Shown one piece after another: positions 26,119 through 32,000 of a stretch of 32,000 nt of DNA. The stretch's first letter is position 1. Each line of letters begins with the position of its first letter. Source of the stretch: Cereibacter sphaeroides 2.4.1 (GTDB lineage Bacteria > Pseudomonadota > Alphaproteobacteria > Rhodobacterales > Rhodobacteraceae); contig NC_007493.2 of the NCBI RefSeq assembly GCF_000012905.2, forward strand, positions 2,640,001 through 2,672,000. Direction: 5' to 3'. The notes under the pieces are model-generated. The model did not search any database. It was not told the DNA's origin and worked only from the letters and a program-made list of their open reading frames with translations. The position numbers were made by a program, and so were the translations under genes.

Positions 26119-27462
26119 ATGACCGAACCGCTCGACCGCCTGACCGACCGGCTGCTGCAGGTCGCCCGCAGCGCCGGAGCAGAGGCCGCCGATGCGATCG
26201 CGGTGCGCGGCACGTCGCTCTCCATCGACATCCGCGAGCGCGCGCTGGAGCAGGCCGAGCGGGCCGAGAGCGTCGAGGTGGGCCTGCGCGTGCTCCTCGG
26301 CGGCCGGCAGGCCTGCGTTTCGGCCTCCGACATCTCCGAGGCCACCCTTTCGGCCATGGCCGAGCGCGCGGTCGCCATGGCGCGGGAAGCGCCCGACGAT
26401 CCCTGTGCGGGCCTCGCCGACCCCGCCGAGATCGCGCGCGGATGGGATCTGGCGGCGCTCGAGCTGGTCGATCCGTCCGACGAGCCCTCGCCTGCGGCCC
26501 TGGAGGAGGATGCCCGCGCGGCCGAGGCCGCGGCGCTCGAGACGGCCGGCATCTTTCAGGTCGAGGCGGGCGGCGCCTGGTCGCGCCGCGAGATGCATCT
26601 GGCGGCCAGCAACGGCTTTTCCGGCGGCTATGCGCGCAGCTCGCGCTCGATCTCGGCCGTGGCCTTCACCGGCTCGGGCACGCAGATGGAGCGCGACTGG
26701 GCGGCCGAGACCCGCATCTTCGGCGCGGACCTGCCGGCGGCCGCCGAGGTGGGCCGCCTCGCCGCCGAACGCGCCATGGCCCGCAAGGGCTCGCGCAAGC
26801 CGCCCACCGGCAGCTTCCCGGTGCTCTATGACGAGCGCATCGCGGCCTCGCTGATGAGCCACCTGTTGTCAGCTGTCAACGGCGCCACCATCGCCCGCGG
26901 CGGCTCGTGGCTGCGCGACGCGCTGGGACAGCAGGTGCTGCCCGCGCATCTGTCCTTCATCGAAGATCCGCTGCGGCCGCGCACCGGCTCGTCGCGCCCC
27001 TTCGATGGCGAGGGGCTGCCCACGCGCCGCCGCGCCATCGTCGAGAACGGGATCCTGACCGGCTGGACGCTCGACCTCGCCACCGCGCGGAAGCTGAAGA
27101 TGGCGAGCACGGCCAATGCTGCGCGCTCGACCTCGCAGCCGCCCTCGCCCTCGGTCTCGAACACCGAGCTCACGCCCGGCACGGCCACGCGGGCCGAGCT
27201 GCTGGCAGAGATGGGGACGGGCCTTCTCGTGACCTCGCTCATGGGCTCGTCGATCAACGGCAACACGGGCGACTATTCGCGCGGCGCGTCGGGCTTCTGG
27301 GTCGAGCGCGGCGAGATCGTGGGGCCGGTGAACGAATGCACCATCGCGGGTAACCTGCGCGACATGCTGCGGACCATCGTGCCCGCGAACGATGCGCGGC
27401 CGCACCTGTCCAGCCGGGTGCCGAGCCTCCTCGTGGAGGGCCTCACGATTGCCGGCGCGTGA
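26119..27462 (+). CDS. pmbA: TldD/PmbA-family metalloprotease component (PmbA/TldE)
   Basis: 447-aa PmbA-like sequence (GFSGGYARSS ..., GDYSRGASGFWVERGEIVGPV). AGAGGAG lies 7 nt upstream of the ATG. Confidence 0.88.
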   Translation: MTEPLDRLTDRLLQVARSAGAEAADAIAVRGTSLSIDIRERALEQAERAESVEVGLRVLLGGRQACVSASDISEATLSAMAERAVAMAREAPDDPCAGLADPAEIARGWDLAALELVDPSDEPSPAALEEDARAAEAAALETAGIFQVEAGGAWSRREMHLAASNGFSGGYARSSRSISAVAFTGSGTQMERDWAAETRIFGADLPAAAEVGRLAAERAMARKGSRKPPTGSFPVLYDERIAASLMSHLLSAVNGATIARGGSWLRDALGQQVLPAHLSFIEDPLRPRTGSSRPFDGEGLPTRRRAIVENGILTGWTLDLATARKLKMASTANAARSTSQPPSPSVSNTELTPGTATRAELLAEMGTGLLVTSLMGSSINGNTGDYSRGASGFWVERGEIVGPVNECTIAGNLRDMLRTIVPANDARPHLSSRVPSLLVEGLTIAGA

Positions 27463-28225
27463 CCTCGCGCTGCTGAGCGAGGCCGCGCGGGCGGCGGGGC
27501 CGGTCGCGCTCCGCTACTGGAAGAATGCGCCCCGCGCGTGGGAGAAGGACGGGAATGCGGGGCCGGTGACCGAGGCCGACCTCGCGGTGAACCAGGCGCT
27601 CGAGCAGAGGCTCCGCTCGGCACGGCCCGATTACGGCTGGCTTTCGGAGGAGAGCGCCGACAGCGGAGAGCGGCAGGGGGCCGAGCGCGTCTTCATCGTC
27701 GATCCCATCGACGGGACGCGCGCCTTCATGGCGGGCGAGGATACTTTTGCCGTCTCGCTCGCCGTGGCCGAGGCAGGGCGGATCGTGGCCGCGGCGGTCT
27801 ATCTGCCGGCGCTCGACCGGCTCTATACCGCGGGCGAGAGCGCGCCTGCGCTGCGCGACGGGCAGCCCATCGCCGCCAGTCAGCGCACCGAGACCCAAGG
27901 CGCCACGCTCCTGGCCACGCGCCACACGCTCGGCGACAGCCACTGGCCCGGGGGCGTGCCGGATGTAAAGCGCAGCTTTCGCGCCTCGCTCGCCTTCCGG
28001 CTCTGTCTCGTTGCCGAGGGGCGGCATGACGGGATGCTCATGCTGCGTCAGGCATGGGAATGGGATATAGCCGCAGGCAGCCTGATCGCCGCCCGCGCGG
28101 GCGCCGCCGTCTCCGACCGGTTCGGCCAGCCGCTGACCTTCAACGGCAGCCCTCCGCAGACCCCCGGCGTGATCGCCGCCGCCCCGGGCGTGCATGCGGA
28201 TCTGCTGCGTCGTCTCATGCCCTGA
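27449..28225 (+). CDS. Inositol monophosphatase family protein (CysQ/SuhB-like phosphatase)
   Basis: Motifs WLSEES, IVDPIDGT and WDIAAG. The proposed TTG start at 27449 lies 8 nt after GGAGGG. The track ATG at 27392 would overlap pmbA by 71 nt. Confidence 0.82.
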   Translation: MPARDLALLSEAARAAGPVALRYWKNAPRAWEKDGNAGPVTEADLAVNQALEQRLRSARPDYGWLSEESADSGERQGAERVFIVDPIDGTRAFMAGEDTFAVSLAVAEAGRIVAAAVYLPALDRLYTAGESAPALRDGQPIAASQRTETQGATLLATRHTLGDSHWPGGVPDVKRSFRASLAFRLCLVAEGRHDGMLMLRQAWEWDIAAGSLIAARAGAAVSDRFGQPLTFNGSPPQTPGVIAAAPGVHADLLRRLMP

Positions 28226-28260
28226 TTGCGGGACGAGACCCCGGACGGTCCCCGGCGCCC

Positions 28261-28411
28261 CTTCGGCTGTGAAAAAGCTGGGCGGGGAAAGAGCGGTTCA
28301 GCCGGGCCGCATCTCCTGCCGCCTTCGACTGTGGCGGAGCCGAGCGGGTAAAAGAGCGGGTCTGTCCGACTCCGGTCCTCTGCCCCGCCTCGTGATCCTG
28401 CCGAAGCTGTG
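28261..28411. repeat. Duplicated module of about 62 bp, plus a partial third unit, in a convergent intergenic region
   Basis: Unit 1 (28261..28322) is CTTCGGCTGTG...GGGCGGGGAAAGAGCGGTT...TCTCCTGCC. Unit 2 (28323..28388) is CTTCGACTGTG...GAGCGGGTAAAAGAGCGGGT...TCCTCTGCC. The CTGTG motif recurs at 28267, 28329 and 28407. Confidence 0.55.
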
Positions 28412-28472
28412 AGCGCGCCGCTCCGAGGCGCACGGCAGGCGTCACCGCCAAGGCAACGCCCGCCGCAGGCCC

Positions 28473-28670
28473 TCACTTGTTCGTGCGGCCGCGCTGGTTG
28501 GGATCGATCCCGCCCCAGGGGTTCGTGTCGTTCATCACGTCGCCTTCGAACGTATTCTCGCCCTCCATCGGCGCCTCGCCGCGCCGCAGACCTGTCGAGC
28601 GCCCGATGCCCGGATCGCCCTTGAGGTCGGCGTCGAAGGGCTGCTTCGTCTTCGGATGCTTGCTGGACAT
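28473..28670 (-). CDS. Small hydrophilic protein (65 aa), unknown function
   Basis: MSSKHPKTKQPFDADLKGDPGIGRSTGLRRGEAPMEGENTFEGDVMNDTNPWGGIDPNQRGRTNK. The ATG at 28670 lies 7 nt after GAGGAGA. The sequence is highly charged with no TM segment. Confidence 0.6.
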   Translation of the reverse strand: MSSKHPKTKQPFDADLKGDPGIGRSTGLRRGEAPMEGENTFEGDVMNDTNPWGGIDPNQRGRTNK

Positions 28671-28700
28671 GGATCCGTCTCCTCTTTCTGGAAGGAGGAA

Positions 28701-28726
28701 AACCGGGTGCGTCCGCCCTCTGTTCC
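28701..28726 (-). promoter_or_regulatory. ECF (EcfG-type)-like promoter GGAAC-N17-GGTT for the small-protein gene
   Basis: The minus strand reads GGAAC (28726..28722), then 17 nt, then GGTT (28704..28701). This is about 30 nt upstream of the ATG. Confidence 0.45.
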
Positions 28727-28761
28727 GGCGCGGGCCGGGGATCGGCAAGCCCTCGCCGCAC

Positions 28762-28786
28762 GGAACTTCGGCGGCGCCCGTCGGTT
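28762..28786 (+). promoter_or_regulatory. ECF (EcfG-type)-like promoter GGAAC-N16-GGTT for the YghA-like SDR gene
   Basis: GGAAC (28762..28766), then 16 nt, then GGTT (28783..28786), preceded by C as in the cGTT consensus. It lies 34 nt upstream of the ATG at 28820. Confidence 0.45.
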
Positions 28787-28819
28787 GCGCCCGCCCACCC
28801 TGCCCAACAGGAGGCTCCG

Positions 28820-29677
28820 ATGACCCACCATCCCAAACCGCCGTTCCCCGATCAGGAACAGCCGATGCCCGGCAAGACCTCCCGCCTCGATCCGCAACCC
28901 GATCACGGAGAGAAGAGCTATCGCGGCTCGGGTCGCCTGCAGGACATGAAGGCGGTCATCACCGGCGCGGACAGCGGCATCGGCCGGGCCGTGGCGCTGG
29001 CCTTCGCGCGCGAGGGGGCGGACGTGCTGATCTCCTACCTGTCCGAGGACGAGGATGCGGCCGAGACCGAGCGGCTGGTGACGGAAGCCGGGCGCAAGGC
29101 GGTTCTGGTGCGCGGCGACCTTCAGGACGCGGCCCACTGCCGCGCCGTGATCGACCGTGCCGTCGAGGAATTCGGCCGGATCGACCTCCTCGTGAACAAT
29201 GCCGCCCATCAGGCGAGCTTCTCCGATCTGGGCGACATCCCGGACGACGAATGGGAGCTGACCTTCCGCGTGAACATCCATGCGATGTTCTATCTGTCGA
29301 AGGCGGCGGTGCCGCATATGGGCCCGAACAGCGCGATCATCAACACGGCCTCGGTCAATGCCGATTCGCCGAGCCCGCATCTTCTGGCCTATGCCACCAC
29401 CAAGGGCGCGATCCAGAACTTCACCGGCGGCCTCGCCCAGATGCTGGCCGAGAAGGAGATCCGGGTGAACTGCGTGGCGCCGGGCCCGATCTGGACGCCG
29501 CTCATCCCCTCGACCATGCCTGCGGAGAAGGTGAAGAACTTCGGAACGCAGGTGCCCATGCAGCGGCCGGGACAGCCCGCGGAACTGGCCACGGCCTATG
29601 TGATGCTGGCCGATCCGCTCTCGAGCTACACGTCGGGGGCGACCATCGCGGTGACGGGCGGCAAGCCCATCATCTGA
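28820..29677 (+). CDS. SDR-family oxidoreductase of the YghA/YdaD (general stress protein 39) type
   Basis: Characteristic N-terminal extension (PFPDQEQPMPGKTSRLDPQPDHGEKSYRGSGRL). Motifs ITGADSGIGRA, NNAA and YATTKGA. CAGGAGG lies upstream. Confidence 0.85.
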   Translation: MTHHPKPPFPDQEQPMPGKTSRLDPQPDHGEKSYRGSGRLQDMKAVITGADSGIGRAVALAFAREGADVLISYLSEDEDAAETERLVTEAGRKAVLVRGDLQDAAHCRAVIDRAVEEFGRIDLLVNNAAHQASFSDLGDIPDDEWELTFRVNIHAMFYLSKAAVPHMGPNSAIINTASVNADSPSPHLLAYATTKGAIQNFTGGLAQMLAEKEIRVNCVAPGPIWTPLIPSTMPAEKVKNFGTQVPMQRPGQPAELATAYVMLADPLSSYTSGATIAVTGGKPII

Positions 29678-29800
29678 CCGGCTTCCGGCGGCCCGGCGCC
29701 AAGGGGCCGGGCGCTGCCTTGCCTGTCCGCGCGCGCGAGGAGCTGCCTGTCCGGCGTGGCGCGCTGCGCCAGGGGGCAGGCCCTTGGGCGGCCTCGAAAC

Positions 29801-29829
29801 TTGACTGTTTTCGTAAACATAAGTAGAGC
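29801..29829 (+). promoter_or_regulatory. Sigma70-like promoter candidate TTGACT-N17-TAGAGC with an embedded palindrome TGTTT-N4-AAACA
   Basis: This is the only AT-rich island in the 256-bp region upstream of exbB. The imperfect palindrome at 29806..29819 lies in the promoter spacer. Confidence 0.4.
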
Positions 29830-29933
29830 ACGGGCAGCCGTGACCTTGCTGCGACTCGACCTTGCGTCGCGAGCGGGAGACAAGCCAGAACATCAAGCTC
29901 CGCGCCCCGCGCGGCCGAAGACCGGAAGACCTC

Positions 29934-30983
29934 ATGGCCTTGCTCTTGCGTTCGATCCTGCTGATCCTTCTGACCGCCGCCGCGGCCCAGGCGCAGGAGC
30001 AGCCTCCCGCCGTCCCCGATCTCGCGCCCCAGATGCAGGCGCCCGCGCCCGAGACGGCGGCACCCGCTCCGGCCCTGCCCCCGGCCGCGCCCGAGGCGGG
30101 CCCGGCGCTCGATGCGCCCGCGGCCCCGGCCAGCCCCGAAGCGCAGGGCTCGCAGGCGCCCGCCGATGCGGCCGACGCACAGGAGGCCCCGGCACCGGCG
30201 GGCGAGCCCGAGGCGCCGGCGGCCGCGGGGGCAGATCCCGCCCCGGCCGCCTTCGACACCGAAGCCGCAGAGGCGCCTGTTGGGCCGGGCCTTCCGATCC
30301 CGCACGATCTGACGCCCTGGGGCATGTTCGAGGCCGCGCACTGGGTGGTGCAGGCGGTGATGATCCTGCTCGCCGCGGCCAGCTTCGTGACCTGGACGGT
30401 GCTTCTCTTCAAGCTGGTCGAGATCGCCATCGCCCGCCGCAGGCTGGCGCGGACCGCGGCCACCGTGGAGACCTCGGCCACGCTCGAGGAGGCGGTCCGG
30501 CGTCTTGCGGGGCGCAAGGATCCGGCCGCCTTCATGGCGCGGGCGAGCTTCGAGGAACTGCAACGCTCGGACGCGGCGCTCGATCTGGCCGGCACGGCGG
30601 GCCTGAAGGAGCGCGTGCGCTCGATCCTCGAGCGGGTCGAGGCGCAGGCGGGCGAACGGCTGCGGCGCGGCATCGGGCTTCTGGCCACCATCGGCTCGGT
30701 CGGGCCCTTCGTCGGGCTGTTCGGCACGGTCTGGGGCATCATGAACGCCTTCATCGGCATCTCGCAGAGCCAGACGACGAACCTCGCCGTGGTGGCCCCC
30801 GGCATCGCCGAGGCGCTGCTGGCCACGGGCCTCGGCCTCGTGGCGGCCATTCCGGCCGTGGTGATCTACAACCATTTCGTGCGGTCCATCGCCTCGTGGC
30901 GGCTGAGCCTCGCCGATGCGGGCGCCGCCATCGAGCGGATGCTGAGCCGCGATCTCGACTACCGCAGCGCCGGGAGGTCCTGA
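29934..30983 (+). CDS. exbB: TonB-system energiser ExbB (long form with signal peptide and Pro/Ala-rich periplasmic extension)
   Basis: The C-terminal MotA/TolQ/ExbB channel domain is present (GLLATIGSVGPFVGLFGTVWGIMNAF). The ATG at 29934 gives MALLLRSILLILLTAAAAQA. Confidence 0.9.
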   Translation: MALLLRSILLILLTAAAAQAQEQPPAVPDLAPQMQAPAPETAAPAPALPPAAPEAGPALDAPAAPASPEAQGSQAPADAADAQEAPAPAGEPEAPAAAGADPAPAAFDTEAAEAPVGPGLPIPHDLTPWGMFEAAHWVVQAVMILLAAASFVTWTVLLFKLVEIAIARRRLARTAATVETSATLEEAVRRLAGRKDPAAFMARASFEELQRSDAALDLAGTAGLKERVRSILERVEAQAGERLRRGIGLLATIGSVGPFVGLFGTVWGIMNAFIGISQSQTTNLAVVAPGIAEALLATGLGLVAAIPAVVIYNHFVRSIASWRLSLADAGAAIERMLSRDLDYRSAGRS

Positions 30984-30986
30984 GCC

Positions 30987-31412
30987 ATGGCGGGGTTCCG
31001 CGGCAGCGACGGCGACGATCTGAACCACGAGATCAACGTCACGCCCTTCATCGACGTGATCCTCGTGCTGCTCATCATCTTCATGGTGGCGGCGCCCCTC
31101 TCGACGGTGGATGTGCCGGTCGATCTGCCGGGCTCGACCGCGAGCCAGAGCCAGCGGCCGGAAGAGCCGATTTTCCTCACGCTGCAGAAGGATCTGACGC
31201 TGTCGCTGAAGAACACGGCCATCGCGCGCGCGGCGCTGCAGGCGGATCTCGACGCGGCGACGCAGGGCAATCGCGACACGCGGATCTTCCTGCGCGCGGA
31301 TGAGGCGGTGCCCTACGGCGACCTGATGGAGGTGATGAACCTGCTGCGCGGCGCGGGCTACCTGAAGGTGGCGCTGGTCGGGCTGGAGGCGCTTCCGGGA
31401 GGCACGCCATGA
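30987..31412 (+). CDS. exbD: Biopolymer transport protein ExbD
   Basis: INVTPFIDVILVLLIIFMV TM segment with an ExbD/TolR fold. GGGAGG lies upstream. Confidence 0.9.
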   Translation: MAGFRGSDGDDLNHEINVTPFIDVILVLLIIFMVAAPLSTVDVPVDLPGSTASQSQRPEEPIFLTLQKDLTLSLKNTAIARAALQADLDAATQGNRDTRIFLRADEAVPYGDLMEVMNLLRGAGYLKVALVGLEALPGGTP

Positions 31413-32000
31413 GCCATTATGCGGACTGGCGGCAGAGCCTCGGGCCCGGACGGCTGCGGCGCGAGGCGGCGGGCTGGTCGCTCGCCGCGCTGACGGTGGC
31501 GGCGACAGCGACCGCCGCGGCCACGGCGGCCTTCCGCGTCGAGGAGCTGGGCCACCGGGATGCCCTGCAGGAGGCGCTCTATCTCGATCTCGAGCCGGTG
31601 CCCCCTGCCCCTGCGGCGCTGGCCGCCCCCGAGGCGGCGCCCGAGGTGCCGCAGGTCGAGGCGCCCGTCGCCCCGGAGCCCGAGGAGATCGCCGAGCAGG
31701 AACCGGAGCTGGCTCCGCCGCCGCCCGACGTCCGGCCGTCGGCCGAGACGGTGGACCTGCCCGACATTCCGGTGCCCACCTCCGAGACCTTCGCCTACGA
31801 CCCACCGCCCCCGCCGCCGCCCGAAGAGGAAGAGGTGGCCGAGATCCCGCCCGATGCGCGCCCGATGCCGCGCCCCGAGCGCACGCCGCCGCCCGAGAAA
31901 AAGCCCGATCCGCCGAAGCGCGAGGTGAAGAAGGCCGCCGCTCCGCCGCCGCAGCAGGCCGCAGCGCCGACCCGCTCGACGGGCAGTGCCGCCGCGGTGG
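31409..32000 (+). CDS. tonB: TonB-like energy transducer, N-terminal part (3' end outside the window)
   Basis: This was translated manually and is not in the ORF track. MSHYADWRQSLGPGRLRREAAGWSLAALTVAATATAAATAAF is followed by a Pro/Glu/Lys-rich spacer (PPPPPPPEEEE ... PPPEKKPDPPKREVKK). The ATG overlaps the exbD stop (ATGA), and the frame stays open to the window end. Confidence 0.8.
   Translation, partial: MSHYADWRQSLGPGRLRREAAGWSLAALTVAATATAAATAAFRVEELGHRDALQEALYLDLEPVPPAPAALAAPEAAPEVPQVEAPVAPEPEEIAEQEPELAPPPPDVRPSAETVDLPDIPVPTSETFAYDPPPPPPPEEEEVAEIPPDARPMPRPERTPPPEKKPDPPKREVKKAAAPPPQQAAAPTRSTGSAAAV

Noticed and set aside
25850-26122. Open frame through the 24-bp repeat array that ends in TGA overlapping the pmbA ATG
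   Set aside because: The frame has no ATG, GTG or TTG start codon after the upstream gene. The periodic PSHxxxxx translation simply reflects the DNA repeat.
24165-26831. 888-aa plus-strand ORF spanning the unknown secreted protein, the repeat array and pmbA
   Set aside because: It is an alternative frame of two well-supported genes. The translation is Arg/Gly-rich nonsense, and the frame crosses a terminator hairpin and an intergenic repeat array.
28288-28305. tRNA T-arm-like string GCGGTTCAGCCGGGC
   Set aside because: There is no complementary T-stem, acceptor stem or anticodon arm around it.
28194-28412. 72-aa ORF, or 47 aa from the GTG at 28269, in the convergent intergenic region
   Set aside because: Third-position G/C is clearly lower than in the neighbouring genes, rare AGA/CGA/GGT codons are frequent, there is no SD, and the upstream part overlaps the IMPase gene. 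The repeats are better explained as non-coding.
28535-31805. 771-aa and 711-aa minus-strand ORFs antisense to the SDR gene and exbB/exbD/tonB
   Set aside because: They are shadow ORFs opposite genes with clear family motifs. No recognisable domains are present.

Overview
This window is very GC-rich, with third codon positions almost saturated in G/C. It reads as core chromosome of a Rhodobacteraceae-type alphaproteobacterium. Gene content and order resemble Rhodobacter/Cereibacter, but that is from memory and not verified.

I support about 31 protein genes, left to right:
- the 3' end of a class A penicillin-binding protein
- a convergent mlaA(vacJ)-mlaC pair
- an orphan type I secretion ABC/MFP pair
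- RidA and a glycerophosphodiesterase
- a DUF482-like protein, GST and pterin-4a-carbinolamine dehydratase
- a Prx5-type peroxiredoxin divergent from a ferredoxin-reductase-like flavoprotein, rsmD and a HAD hydrolase
- a small catalase-related haem protein
- the sitABCD Mn/Fe ABC importer, preceded by two Fur/Mur-like palindromes
- the dctRS two-component system divergent from the dctPQM TRAP C4-dicarboxylate transporter
- an enoyl-CoA hydratase and an SDR
- a secreted protein of unknown function
- pmbA/tldE and an inositol-monophosphatase-family gene
- a 65-aa hydrophilic protein divergent from a YghA/YdaD-like SDR
- exbB-exbD-tonB; tonB runs off the window and is missing from the ORF track

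Many neighbouring genes overlap by ATGA or TGATG, which suggests translational coupling. I see no rRNA, tRNA, CRISPR, transposase, integrase or phage genes.

I did not find a convincing new multi-gene system. The observations most worth follow-up are mostly non-coding:
- a reading-frame switch at a C7 run in the PBP tail
- a 4 x 24-bp tandem array upstream of pmbA
- an unusually long convergent intergenic region with a duplicated module, a candidate unannotated transcript
- back-to-back ECF/EcfG-like promoters flanking the small-protein/SDR pair
- REP-like duplicated palindromes
- an AT-rich operator-like island upstream of exbB

Most long ORFs in the track are GC-rich shadow frames and were not annotated.
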